The notes beneath the pieces were generated by a model. That model did not search any database. It was not told the origin of the DNA and saw only the letters and a program-made list of their open reading frames with translations. DNA of 64,000 bases from Stellaceae bacterium. GTDB lineage: Bacteria > Pseudomonadota > Alphaproteobacteria > ATCC43930 > CGMCC-115725. Location: the NCBI GenBank assembly GCA_035555315.1, contig DATMGU010000060.1, positions 74,612 through 138,611 on the forward strand. The letters run 5' to 3'. The position numbers were made by a program, and so were the translations under genes. Shown piece after piece: positions 1 to 9,348 of this stretch; within the stretch, counting starts at the first letter, position 1, and every line of letters starts with the position of its first letter.

Positions 1-34
1 ATGCCTCAATCGTTCAACGGTCGAGGGCAGTGTC

Positions 35-364
35 ATGATCACTTGTTTCATTCGCTATGAGATCGATCCGTTCAAGGTCGACGCCTTCGAGGAATATGCG
101 CGCAATTGGGGCGAGGCCATTCCGCGGTGCGGCGCCGATCTGATCGGCTATTTCGCGCCGCATGAGGGGTCGAGCACCACCGCCTATGGCGTCTACACCA
201 TCGAAAGCCTCGCGGAGTATGAGCGGTACCGCACACGGCTGAAGGCCGACCCCATCGGACGCGCGAACTACGAATTCGCCAAGCAGGAACGCTTCATTCA
301 TCGCGAGGACAGGATGTTCCTGCGCCTCGCGTCGGCGCCTCACGCCAAACTGGTCCGGCCGTGA
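35..364 (+). CDS. NIPSNAP family protein
   Basis: 109-aa ORF. The translation MITCFIRYEIDPFKVDAFEEYARNWG... resembles NIPSNAP-domain proteins from memory. Codon third positions are strongly G/C in this frame. Confidence 0.7.
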   Translation: MITCFIRYEIDPFKVDAFEEYARNWGEAIPRCGADLIGYFAPHEGSSTTAYGVYTIESLAEYERYRTRLKADPIGRANYEFAKQERFIHREDRMFLRLASAPHAKLVRP

Positions 365-411
365 TCGTCGCGGGGGCACTTCCCCTCTAAACAACACCCC
401 GGCGGAGGTCC

Positions 412-960
412 CTAGGACAGCGCGTCGATCTGCGCGTCGGTCAGCGTGCCCGGCACGATGGTCACGGGGACGCTCAACCGGGCGATCAGCTTGCCGATGG
501 CGCCGACCAGCGGACCGGGCCCATCCGGACCGGTGCCCGCGGCGAGGATCAGGATCGAGATGGTCGGGTCCTCGTTGATCAGGGCGAGCAATTCGTCGCG
601 CAGATTGCCCTCGCGGATGTGCACGACGGGCAAGGCCCCCTGCAGCTCGACGACCTGGGCGGCGAGTTGTTCCATCAGCTGCTCCGCCGTCTCGCGCCGC
701 TCCTCCCGCATCAGGGTCTCGAGCGCCATCCATTGCTGGATGTCGGTCTGCTCGATGACGTGAAGCAAGGCGACACGGCCGGCGGTGTGCCGCGCCCGCA
801 AGGCCGCGTAGCGCAGCGCCACCCGCATCTCGGCCGTTTCGTCGATCACGACGAGAAACACACGAACGGGCGAGGCGTCGGCAGCCGTCTTATCTCCCGC
901 GGGCTGACTGGACACAGGCTGACCGGACAGGGGCTGGCCGGCTATCGGCTCATCGGCCAT
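412..960 (-). CDS. universal stress protein (UspA family)
   Basis: 182-aa ORF. It has a USP-like core (VFLVVIDETAEMRVALRYAA ... ILILAAGTGPDGPGPLVGAIG ... VPVTIVPG) after a Gln/Pro-rich N-terminal tail. It starts 4 nt after the stop of the upstream gene, which suggests an operon. Confidence 0.75.
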   Translation of the reverse strand: MADEPIAGQPLSGQPVSSQPAGDKTAADASPVRVFLVVIDETAEMRVALRYAALRARHTAGRVALLHVIEQTDIQQWMALETLMREERRETAEQLMEQLAAQVVELQGALPVVHIREGNLRDELLALINEDPTISILILAAGTGPDGPGPLVGAIGKLIARLSVPVTIVPGTLTDAQIDALS

Positions 961-963
961 TGA

Positions 964-1755
964 TCAGGCATTCCGGAACAACAAACTGGCACCCCATCCG
1001 GCCATCGCGGCGACAAACACGGCGATTATGCCATAGAGCAGCGCCCGCCGCTCGGCGAAATCATTCACCTCCGCCTCCAGCCCGGATTGCGAGATGACCA
1101 GCGGCGTGGTTTGCGCGCTGACGATGTCGCCGTTGCGCAGTTGGTAGACCTGAACCAGATAGGTGCCGACCGGCACCGTCGCAGGGAAATCCAGGGTCGC
1201 CCGGAACAGCTTGTCGCCGAGGAAATTCACCCGCCCGAGGGTACCGGAGAACAAGCCGGCGCCTTGCTGACCACGGATCAATGCCGCGCGAAACAGGCCG
1301 AGCTGTTCGGGCGATGCCCGGGCATCGATCGGCGCCGGCACCAATTTGAGGTTCTCGACACCCAATTCATGCTGCTGGCGCAGCGCCAGCGGCGCCAATT
1401 GGTCGAGCGGCCTGGTGCTGAGCACCGCGTAAAATCCCGGCACGTCGGTGAAGGTGATGCCGCGGGTATTGAGATAGATGCCCGCGACGCGGCTCTTGCG
1501 GCGCACCACCGTGTCCCGTTCGGGTCCGCGCACCAGAACCACGATGTCGCCGCCGCCCTCAACCGTGCCGAACAGCACCACGCTGCTGCCGGTAAAGCCG
1601 GTGGTGATCGCAATGAGGTGGCTGGTGAGATCGGCCACGAGGCCCTGCGCCGCCGCCGGCCGGCCGCCGATCAGGGTTGCGAGCAACAGCACCGCGAACG
1701 CGAGATGGCGCAGCGGCAAGCGCCTGTTTCGGGCCAGGGGATTTAGAGAGGTCAC
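964..1755 (-). CDS. TIGR02186-type alphaproteobacterial membrane protein (function unknown)
   Basis: 263-aa ORF with a signal-like N-terminus (LLLATLIGGRPAAAQG) and one C-terminal TM helix (LLYGIIAVFVAAMAGWGASLLF). The family is recalled as habitually adjacent to TauE/SafE permeases. There is a 4-nt overlap with the upstream gene (1752-1755). Confidence 0.7.
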   Translation of the reverse strand: MTSLNPLARNRRLPLRHLAFAVLLLATLIGGRPAAAQGLVADLTSHLIAITTGFTGSSVVLFGTVEGGGDIVVLVRGPERDTVVRRKSRVAGIYLNTRGITFTDVPGFYAVLSTRPLDQLAPLALRQQHELGVENLKLVPAPIDARASPEQLGLFRAALIRGQQGAGLFSGTLGRVNFLGDKLFRATLDFPATVPVGTYLVQVYQLRNGDIVSAQTTPLVISQSGLEAEVNDFAERRALLYGIIAVFVAAMAGWGASLLFRNA

Positions 1756-2669
1756 GGTAGCTTCGGCGCCACCGAATAGACATCACCCGGCGGCACGGTG
1801 AGGTCGACCAGCAGCTTGGCGCCGACCGCCAGGATGATCAGCGCCAAGAGGACGCGCAGGTATTCGCCGCGCAGCCGAGCCCCGAACCGAGCGCCGTACT
1901 GCACCCCGACGACGGCACCGATCAGCAGCAACATGGCCAGCAGCGCGTCGACCGTCTGGTTGGTGATCGCCTGCAGGATCGTGACGCTGGCCGAGATGAA
2001 GATCGTCTGGAACAACGAGGTGCCGGGAACGACGTTGGTCGGCATGCCCAGGATATAGATCATCGCCGGCACGATGATGAAACCGCCGCCGACGCCCATC
2101 AACGACGACAGGATGCCGATGCCGAAGCCGAGGGTAAGGGGCAGCAGCGCCGAGATGTACAGCTTCGATCGGCGAAACCGCATCTTGAACGGCAAGCCGT
2201 GGAACCAAGTATGCTGATGCAACCGCCGGCGCACGCCGCCCGCCCGGCGCAGCCGCAGCACCGCCCGGACGCTTTCGACCAGCATGAGCCCGCCCAGCGA
2301 ACCCAACAGCAACACATAGCTGAGCGAGATCATCAGATCGATCTGGCCAAGGCGCTTCAGCACGCTGAACAGCCAGACGCCGAGCAGCGAGCCGAAAAAG
2401 CCGCCGACGACCAACACGAAACCCATCTTGAAATCGACGTTGCCGCGCCGCCAATGACCGAGCACACCGGTCACCGACGCGCCGACCAGTTGATTGGCCG
2501 AGGAGGACACGGCGACCGCCTGGGGCACGCCGATGAAGATCAGCAGGGGGGTCAGCAGAAACCCGCCGCCGACGCCGAACACGCCGGATAAGAACCCCAC
2601 AGCCGCACCGAGCCCGAGCAGGACGAACACATCCAGCGAAACCTGAGCGATCGGCAGATAGACTTCCAT
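1752..2669 (-). CDS. TauE/SafE (DUF81) family anion exporter
   Basis: Duplicated glycine-rich TM motifs (GVGGGFLLTPLLIF and GVGGGFIIVPAMIY) are typical of TauE/SafE. I prefer the internal ATG at 2669 (MEVYLPIAQ...) to the ORF-track start at 2732. Confidence 0.8.
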   Translation of the reverse strand: MEVYLPIAQVSLDVFVLLGLGAAVGFLSGVFGVGGGFLLTPLLIFIGVPQAVAVSSSANQLVGASVTGVLGHWRRGNVDFKMGFVLVVGGFFGSLLGVWLFSVLKRLGQIDLMISLSYVLLLGSLGGLMLVESVRAVLRLRRAGGVRRRLHQHTWFHGLPFKMRFRRSKLYISALLPLTLGFGIGILSSLMGVGGGFIIVPAMIYILGMPTNVVPGTSLFQTIFISASVTILQAITNQTVDALLAMLLLIGAVVGVQYGARFGARLRGEYLRVLLALIILAVGAKLLVDLTVPPGDVYSVAPKLP

Positions 2670-2906
2670 CAGCCAAGGCGATTTCTGGCGCAGCACCCGA
2701 GACAGCCCGCCGGATGCAAGGTGCGGAGGCATTTGCCGAGGAAAAACTTACGCGACACCGGTGCCCGGTTCCAACCCGGATGACCGTCATCGGCGACAAT
2801 CGGGCCACGTACTTGGCAAAAAAGTCACAACCATGCTGGTATGAGCGCGTTAGGACGCCCTGGTACGGGCTCTGGGTACGGACTGGCGACGGGAGATACA
2901 GCCATC

Positions 2907-3461
2907 ATGGGATTGCTCGGCCGGTGGCTTTCGACCTCGCTCGCCCTGGCGCTTGGGCTGGGCGGCGCGGTGCTGGCGATGCAGGTGCCAGCCTTCACGC
3001 AGCATTATCTGGCCGGTTTGCAACAGGCGGCGGGCGAACTGGATCGCAGCGTCGCCGACCGGCTGCAATCCGGCCGCACCACCTACGACCTCGTCGGGTC
3101 GGACCGCGAGACGGTCGCCGGGCTGGCGACGCGCGAGCCGTCCAACGCCGCGACCCTGAGCCGCGACCTCGATCGGCGCGACAGCCACGCGGCCATCCTG
3201 GCGGCGGCCCAGGCGGCCTCGCCGATCACGCGGCCGATCGCCACCGCCTGGGCGATCACTACCGGCCCGGAGGGCTGGCGCTCCCCCGTCGTGGCAACCG
3301 CACTCGCGACCTATGACGCCGGCATCGCCCTGACGGGCGCGGCGATCCTCTGGGGGCTCGCGGGACTTGTCGTGGGCGTGCTGCTGGCCCAGCTATTGGC
3401 GCTGCCGTTTCACCGACGGCCGCGCATGGCCGTGACGATCGATCGTTCCCGGCTGCTTTAG
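2907..3461 (+). CDS. DUF2937 family membrane protein
   Basis: The ORF 2841-3461 is trimmed to the ATG at 2907 (MGLLGRWLSTSLALALGLGG...). It has N- and C-terminal hydrophobic helices, and the family assignment is from memory of DUF2937 sequences. Confidence 0.55.
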   Translation: MGLLGRWLSTSLALALGLGGAVLAMQVPAFTQHYLAGLQQAAGELDRSVADRLQSGRTTYDLVGSDRETVAGLATREPSNAATLSRDLDRRDSHAAILAAAQAASPITRPIATAWAITTGPEGWRSPVVATALATYDAGIALTGAAILWGLAGLVVGVLLAQLLALPFHRRPRMAVTIDRSRLL

Positions 3462-3533
3462 GGAGCCCACCTTGGCGCGCCTCGCTAAACCACTTAGCCT
3501 GAACCGTGCCGTTCTTTTGGAGACCCCGATCCC

Positions 3534-4382
3534 ATGGCGAAATTCACCGGAACCGAGAGCTATGTCGCAACCGAGGATCTGAAGCTCGCGGTGAACGCCG
3601 CGGTGGCGTTGGAGCGGCCGCTGCTGATCAAGGGCGAACCCGGCACCGGCAAGACCATCCTGGCCCAGGAGGTCGCGGCCGCCCTCGGCCGGCCGTTGAT
3701 TCCGTGGCACATCAAATCGACCACCAAGGCGCAGCAAGGGCTGTACGAGTACGACGCGGTGTCCCGCCTGCGCGACAGCCAGCTGGGCGATGCCAAGGTC
3801 AACGACATCGGCAACTACATCGTGCGCGGCAAGCTGTGGGAGGCGTTCGAGGCCGAACAGACGCCCGTCCTGCTGATCGACGAGATCGACAAGGCGGATA
3901 TCGAGTTTCCGAACGACCTGCTGCTCGAACTCGACCGGATGGAGTTCTACGTCTACGAGACGCGCCAGACGATCCGCGCCAAGCAACGCCCGGTCATCCT
4001 GATCACCTCGAACAACGAAAAGGAGCTGCCGGACGCCTTCCTGCGGCGCTGCTTCTTTCATTACATCCAGTTCCCGGATCGCCAGACGATGGAGCGGATC
4101 GTCGAGGTGCATTTTCCCGGCATCAAGCACGCCCTGGTGCACGAGGCGCTGAGCGTGTTCTACGAGGTGCGCGATACGCCCGGCCTCAAGAAAAAGCCGT
4201 CGACTTCGGAGCTGCTCGACTGGCTGAAGCTGCTGATGGTCGAGGATGTGACGCCCGAGGTGCTGCGCGAGCGCGATCCGGGCAAGCTGATCCCACCCTT
4301 GCACGGCGCGCTGCTGAAGAACGAACAGGACGTCCACCTGTTCGAACGCCTGGCCTTCCTCAACCGCCGGGAGCGGCGTTAA
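3534..4382 (+). CDS. MoxR-like AAA+ ATPase
   Basis: Walker A GEPGTGKT and Walker B LLIDEIDK are present. The length (282 aa) and sequence are typical of MoxR/CbbQ-like single-AAA proteins. Confidence 0.9.
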   Translation: MAKFTGTESYVATEDLKLAVNAAVALERPLLIKGEPGTGKTILAQEVAAALGRPLIPWHIKSTTKAQQGLYEYDAVSRLRDSQLGDAKVNDIGNYIVRGKLWEAFEAEQTPVLLIDEIDKADIEFPNDLLLELDRMEFYVYETRQTIRAKQRPVILITSNNEKELPDAFLRRCFFHYIQFPDRQTMERIVEVHFPGIKHALVHEALSVFYEVRDTPGLKKKPSTSELLDWLKLLMVEDVTPEVLRERDPGKLIPPLHGALLKNEQDVHLFERLAFLNRRERR

Positions 4383-4403
4383 GCGCGGCGGAGGCCGACA
4401 CCA

Positions 4404-5594
4404 GTGTTCATCGACTTCTTCCTGGCCCTGCGCGCGGCTCGCATCCCGGTCTCGCTGACCGAATTCCTGATGCTGCAGGAGGCGGTCGCGGCCGGCCTCG
4501 CCGAGTTCGACGTCGAGCGATTCTACTATCTGGCCCGCGCGACGCTGGTGAAGGACGAGCGGCATATCGACCGGTTCGACCGGGTGTTCGGCACCTGCTT
4601 TAAGGGCATCGAAGGGCCGGAAGCCGAGGCGGACGGCACACCCAGCGTGGAATTGCCCGAGGAATGGCTGCGCAAGCTGGCCGAGAAGCACCTGACCGAG
4701 GAGGAAAAGGCGCAGATCGCGGCGCTGGGCGGCTGGGACAAGCTGATGGAGACGCTACGCCAGCGCCTGGCGGAGCAGCAGGGCCGGCACCAGGGCGGCA
4801 GCAAATGGGTCGGCACGGCGGGCACCTCGCCGTTCGGCGCCTATGGCTACAACCCGGAAGGCGTGCGCATCGGCCAGGAGACCAGCCGCAACCGGCGCGC
4901 CGTCAAGGTCTGGGACAAGCGGGAATTCAAGAACCTCGACGGCGATGTGGAGCTGGGCACGCGCGGCATGAAGGTGGCGCTGCGCCGCCTGCGCCGGTTC
5001 GCGCGGGAAGGGGCCGCGACCGAACTCGACCTGCCGGGCACCATCGGCTCGACCGCGCAGAATGCCGGCTGGCTCGATCTGCGCTTCGTGCCGGAGCGTC
5101 ACAACTCGGTCAAAGTGCTGCTCTGCCTCGATATCGGTGGCTCGATGGACGACCATGTGCGGCTGTGCGAGGAGCTGTTCTCGGCGGCCCGGACCGAGTT
5201 CAAGCATCTGGAGCAGTTCTATTTCCACAACTGCGTCTATGACGCGCTGTGGCGCGATGCCCGGATGCGGCGGACCGACCGCGTGCCGCTCGATCAGGTG
5301 CTGAACACCTATGGGTCGAGCTACAAGCTGATCCTGGTCGGCGATGCCAGCATGAGCCCCTATGAGCTGGTCCAGCCGGGCGGCGGCGTCGATCATTGGA
5401 ACGCCGAGCCGGGTGCCGCGACCCTGGGCCGGCTGATCGCGACCTACCCGAAAGCCGCCTGGCTGAACCCGCTGCCCGAGCGGTATTGGGGCGGCACCCA
5501 ATCGGTCGGCATGGTCCATCAGCTGATGGAGGGCCGCATGTTCCCGCTGACGCTCGACGGGTTGGACCGGGCAATGCGCACGCTGATGACGTGA
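4404..5594 (+). CDS. VWA domain-containing protein (CoxE-like MoxR partner)
   Basis: 396-aa ORF with a GTG start 22 nt after the MoxR stop. The C-terminal half has a VWA/MIDAS-like motif (LCLDIGGSMDDH ... LILVGDASM). Confidence 0.8.
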   Translation: MFIDFFLALRAARIPVSLTEFLMLQEAVAAGLAEFDVERFYYLARATLVKDERHIDRFDRVFGTCFKGIEGPEAEADGTPSVELPEEWLRKLAEKHLTEEEKAQIAALGGWDKLMETLRQRLAEQQGRHQGGSKWVGTAGTSPFGAYGYNPEGVRIGQETSRNRRAVKVWDKREFKNLDGDVELGTRGMKVALRRLRRFAREGAATELDLPGTIGSTAQNAGWLDLRFVPERHNSVKVLLCLDIGGSMDDHVRLCEELFSAARTEFKHLEQFYFHNCVYDALWRDARMRRTDRVPLDQVLNTYGSSYKLILVGDASMSPYELVQPGGGVDHWNAEPGAATLGRLIATYPKAAWLNPLPERYWGGTQSVGMVHQLMEGRMFPLTLDGLDRAMRTLMT

Positions 5595-5644
5595 GGCCCA
5601 TGGGGTGAGCCGAGCAGCGGTGCCGGCCAGGATTTGGACCAGGT

Positions 5645-7669
5645 CTAATCAGGCAGGATCACATGGCCCTGCAGCACGTCGATCCGGTTGAGCGGAGGCG
5701 GCTGTGACACGATCTGTGGTAGAGATCCGGCCTGCAGGGCCGGGGCGTGCCCCGGCTCACCACCGCGCGGTATGGTACGAATCACCTGGCTGCCAGGCAG
5801 CGGCACCTGCGCGGTCAGATGCGCCCACATCAGGTCCAGCGCCTGAAGATGGTAGTAGGTCAGGGGAAGCATGCGGGTGTCGAAGCCAGGAAGGTCCGTG
5901 CTGAAATGCTCGGCATTCGTCACCTCGATGTAGCGCAGCTGACTGCGCTCCCCGTCCTGCAGCGCGTTCAGCCCGAGATAGGGCCGTGAGCTGAAGCTGA
6001 CCGGCACCCGGTCGTCGCTGCGGCCATGGACGATCAACGTGGGAAGTCCGTGTAGCGCGCCCGTCGCAAGGAACTCCGTGACCCCCGCTTGCACCCGTCT
6101 GGCGGCGGCGGATTGCCCGGTCACCAAATCCCGCAGGCACAGGGCACCGTCGAGGTTGTAGTCCTGCACCCCCGAACTGGGGGAGGCGGATACCCAGTTG
6201 CGCCGCGGGCCGGAGGGATCGAGGTCGTTGATCACATCGATGCTGCCGGCTGGCGCGCCGCCAGGCGCTATGGCGAAGTTGCGCGCCTGCTCGTCCAGCC
6301 GCAAGCTGACGGGACGGCCCTCGGCATCCACAGCGGCATAGCTGTAGCCGCATATGCGGTCTTGAACATCGAAACGGCCGTGATCGTTAATGTATTTAGT
6401 CGCCGTCGCGTCGGGGGCGACGAAGTAGCCGAAGGCGTGACCTATGTCGGTTTCGGCGTCCCATCCGTAGGCGTGCATGCGGTCGAGCGCCTCACGTGCC
6501 TGACCGTCCGTATCATCCGCGTTCAAAAGACCTTTGGCGCGCAGCGATGCGCAGCGGTTGGCGGCGAAGTCTATCCGCTCCCGCAGCGGGATGCCGGGAA
6601 CCGCCAGGACGGCGCAGGGCTGATACAGATTACCGAAGGTGAAATAGTCCAGCAGCGTGCGCCCGCTGCCGGTGCGCGTGACGCTGCCCCGTGTAACTGA
6701 GACCCGATCATCCGGACGCAACTGCACCTGCGGTTCGCGGGCGACGATGCCGTCCACCAGATGGTCCGCGTCATGTTCGCCCGCATAGAGGGCGGCACCG
6801 CCGCCATTCGAGCTGCCGGTGACGATGACCAATGTGTTCGCCCGCGTGAAGCCGGGATCCCGCTGCGCCATCTGCCAGAAGGCGAAGCGCACGGCCCGCA
6901 GCACGTCGTCGCCCCATTCGGTCTCAGGATTCCGCTTGGAGTGGGCGGCCTTGAACGCGATGCGGTGCGGCCAGTCGGCCAGGAAACGCTGCCGCGCGAC
7001 AGCGTCCATATCCGCGCGGAAATGCGCGTCATCACCGGCCTGCGCCGCCGGCACCATCCGCCCATCCAGGGTTTCGACCTGATCCGTCTCCAGAATGTGG
7101 AAGCCATTACCGTGCCCCTTGTCGGTGTAGACCACGGCGCAGCCATGGCGCAGGCCCCAGAAGCCGAAATCGACGACGTCGCGGTAGAGGCTGGCCGACC
7201 CGCTGACTGGCGTGGCCACTATACAGCGCCGATCGGCGGACAGATTGGCCGGCAGTTGCAAGAGCAGCGCCGCCCGCTTCACCCCACCATCGCCGACGTC
7301 GTAAGCAAGATATTCCTCGCCAGCAACGCGCGCCTCATCCAACAGCTTTTGGCCGGTCCGCGAGTCCACATCCGGCCCGAACAAGCGGCCAAAGCCCTGG
7401 CCGGCACTGCCCCGCGTATACAGCGAGGCCCGCCGCAATTCCGGCGCCGTGGGATGCTCGGAATCGGCAAAGCCAGGCGGACCCTGCAACATGCCCGCCG
7501 CACCGAGACCGCCCGTCACCAAATCGTCCGTACGTCCATCATAGACGGTATGCGGGCCGAGGCGCAGCCAGGCGGGAGGCGCATCGGCTGCATGGCCGGC
7601 AGATAGGGAGATCGTCATGGCGAGGACGGCGGCGGTGAGACGGGCATTCATGGTGAAGCGGGCATTCAT
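5645..7669 (-). CDS. D-(-)-3-hydroxybutyrate oligomer hydrolase family protein
   Basis: 674-aa ORF with a signal peptide and a serine-hydrolase motif (VTGSSNGGGAALYA). The overall sequence is recognised as the 3HBOH family. The alternative in-frame ATG at 7651 arises from an 18-bp duplication. Confidence 0.8.
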   Translation of the reverse strand: MNARFTMNARLTAAVLAMTISLSAGHAADAPPAWLRLGPHTVYDGRTDDLVTGGLGAAGMLQGPPGFADSEHPTAPELRRASLYTRGSAGQGFGRLFGPDVDSRTGQKLLDEARVAGEEYLAYDVGDGGVKRAALLLQLPANLSADRRCIVATPVSGSASLYRDVVDFGFWGLRHGCAVVYTDKGHGNGFHILETDQVETLDGRMVPAAQAGDDAHFRADMDAVARQRFLADWPHRIAFKAAHSKRNPETEWGDDVLRAVRFAFWQMAQRDPGFTRANTLVIVTGSSNGGGAALYAGEHDADHLVDGIVAREPQVQLRPDDRVSVTRGSVTRTGSGRTLLDYFTFGNLYQPCAVLAVPGIPLRERIDFAANRCASLRAKGLLNADDTDGQAREALDRMHAYGWDAETDIGHAFGYFVAPDATATKYINDHGRFDVQDRICGYSYAAVDAEGRPVSLRLDEQARNFAIAPGGAPAGSIDVINDLDPSGPRRNWVSASPSSGVQDYNLDGALCLRDLVTGQSAAARRVQAGVTEFLATGALHGLPTLIVHGRSDDRVPVSFSSRPYLGLNALQDGERSQLRYIEVTNAEHFSTDLPGFDTRMLPLTYYHLQALDLMWAHLTAQVPLPGSQVIRTIPRGGEPGHAPALQAGSLPQIVSQPPPLNRIDVLQGHVILPD
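7634..7669 (-). repeat. 18-bp tandem duplication spanning the start codon of the hydrolase gene
   Basis: The plus-strand units ggtgagacgggcattcat and ggtgaagcgggcattcat match at 16 of 18 positions. They encode MNARFT followed by MNARLT. Confidence 0.9.
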
Positions 7670-7684
7670 AAGATGTCGTTCCCT

Positions 7685-8008
7685 CTAACGATCCGATCCC
7701 TGACGATCAGGCACTTCCAGCTCCAGCAGGGAGGAGGACAGCGACTTGCCATGCGGGTCGAGCAGCAGGGACCGTGTAACGCCGCCGCCGAGCGCCTGCT
7801 GGAGCACGAAGTTCAGCGCACCCAGGCCCGGCAGCTCGTAGCGCACCACCTCGCCCTTGACCGCGTCCGCCAGATGGTTCCGCACCCGCTCGGCGGTCAC
7901 ATGCTCGACGAGGAAGGCGTAGTCACCCGGCTCGAAGGCGATAACCGAGATGTTGGATACATCGCCCTTGTCGCCCGTCCGGGCATGGGCCAGTTCGCGC
8001 AGCTTCAT
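7685..8008 (-). CDS. small AtuA-associated protein (partner of DUF1446)
   Basis: 107-aa ORF whose ATG overlaps the upstream stop codon by 1 nt (TGATG). The sequence MKLRELAHARTGDKGDVSNISVIAF... resembles the C-terminal module of full-length AtuA proteins. Confidence 0.65.
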   Translation of the reverse strand: MKLRELAHARTGDKGDVSNISVIAFEPGDYAFLVEHVTAERVRNHLADAVKGEVVRYELPGLGALNFVLQQALGGGVTRSLLLDPHGKSLSSSLLELEVPDRQGSDR

Positions 8009-9348
8009 CAGACCACCTCGTAGGTGACGGCCGGACGGACCTGGTCTTCCGGGATCAGGGTGGAGACGACGGCGACGACCTCGCGGGCGGATTTCCAGGC
8101 ACCCCCGCCGCCTGCCGGGCCATTGGTGTAGAGCGTCTCAACCTCGTTGCCGATCCGGGTAGCCTCCGCCAGGGAGTCGGCGCGGCCGGTGACGCGGATG
8201 CGCACCTCCGCGGGTTCCGGCCCTTTGCCTAGGTTCGGGCCGCGATGCAGCGCGTCGACGCCGATCAGGTCCAGGCGCAACTCGCTGGTCCGCACCCCAG
8301 TCAGCTTCAGCCGTTCCTCGACGATGCGCAGCGCCAGCTTGGCCCGGGCAAGCGCGCCCGGCCCGGCATAGGATATCTGGCCCTCGCCGATATGGCTGTC
8401 GATATAACCGATCGAAACCTTCAGCAGCCCGCTGCGCGGCGTCCCGGTGGCGCCGGCGACCCGCACCCGGTCGGGCCCGTCTGGTGCCAAGCGCACGCCG
8501 CTGAAATCCGCCACCACATCCGGCTGCAGATAGCGGGCGGGATCGTGCACCTCGTAGAGCAATTGTTCCTTGCAGGTGGCTAGGCTGACCTGGCCGCCGG
8601 AGCCGGCCACCTTGGTGATGACGGCGGAGCCGTCCGGCGCCACCTCCGCCAGCGGAAAGCCGAGCCGGGCCAGATCCGCCACGTCCTTGTAGCCGGGATC
8701 GGCGAAATAGCCGCCGGTGATCTGTCCGGCGCATTCCAGCAGATGACCGACCAGCGTGCCGGCACCAAGCCGTGGCCAATCGTCCATCGACCAGCCGAAT
8801 TCATGGATCAGCGGGGCGAGGAACATCGCCGGATCGCCGACCCGGCCGGTGATGACGACATCCGCCCCGCCAGCCAGCGCCGTCACGATCGGACCGGCGC
8901 CCAGATAGGCATTGGCCGAGACCATGCGGCCGGCAACATCGGCGACTCGGCCCTGGGCCTCGATCAGCGGCAAGTCGGCACGCCGCACCAGGTCCGTGAC
9001 GTCATCGCCGGTGACGGCGGCGATGCGCAGCCCGCCCAGGTTCAGGACACGGGCGATCCGCGCCGTCTCCCGTGCGGCTGCGAGCGGGTTGGCGGCACCC
9101 ATATTGGTGATGATGCGGATCTTGCGTTCAGCGCAGGTGCGCAGCACGGCACGCAGCCGATCGCCGAGCAGCGGATCGAAGCCGGCCTCCGGATCCCGGA
9201 GCCGCGCCTGCTGCGCCAGGGCGATGGTGCGTTCGGCCAGGCATTCGAACACCAGATAGTCGAGCGCGCCGTGCTCGGCGAGTTCCAGCGCCGGCTCGAT
9301 GCGATCGCCCGAATAACCGGCGCCCGCACCGATCCGCACCACCGTCAC
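8008..9348 (-). CDS. acyclic terpene utilisation AtuA-like protein (DUF1446)
   Basis: 446-aa ORF. The N-terminus MTVVRIGAGAGYSGDRIEPALELAEHGALDYLVFECLAERTIA is characteristic of DUF1446. There is a 4-nt overlap with the upstream transporter gene. Confidence 0.8.
   Translation of the reverse strand: MTVVRIGAGAGYSGDRIEPALELAEHGALDYLVFECLAERTIALAQQARLRDPEAGFDPLLGDRLRAVLRTCAERKIRIITNMGAANPLAAARETARIARVLNLGGLRIAAVTGDDVTDLVRRADLPLIEAQGRVADVAGRMVSANAYLGAGPIVTALAGGADVVITGRVGDPAMFLAPLIHEFGWSMDDWPRLGAGTLVGHLLECAGQITGGYFADPGYKDVADLARLGFPLAEVAPDGSAVITKVAGSGGQVSLATCKEQLLYEVHDPARYLQPDVVADFSGVRLAPDGPDRVRVAGATGTPRSGLLKVSIGYIDSHIGEGQISYAGPGALARAKLALRIVEERLKLTGVRTSELRLDLIGVDALHRGPNLGKGPEPAEVRIRVTGRADSLAEATRIGNEVETLYTNGPAGGGGAWKSAREVVAVVSTLIPEDQVRPAVTYEVV

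Noticed and set aside
3393-4691. 432-aa minus-strand ORF
   Set aside because: It is antisense to the MoxR and VWA genes, which have clear Walker and VWA motifs. It has no recognisable domains and is a GC-bias artefact.
3534-5594. MoxR/VWA pair as a candidate anti-phage defence module
   Set aside because: No nuclease, protease, TIR/SIR2 or other effector lies nearby, and there is no island context (integrase, tRNA or other defence genes). The architecture matches housekeeping chaperone-type MoxR systems.
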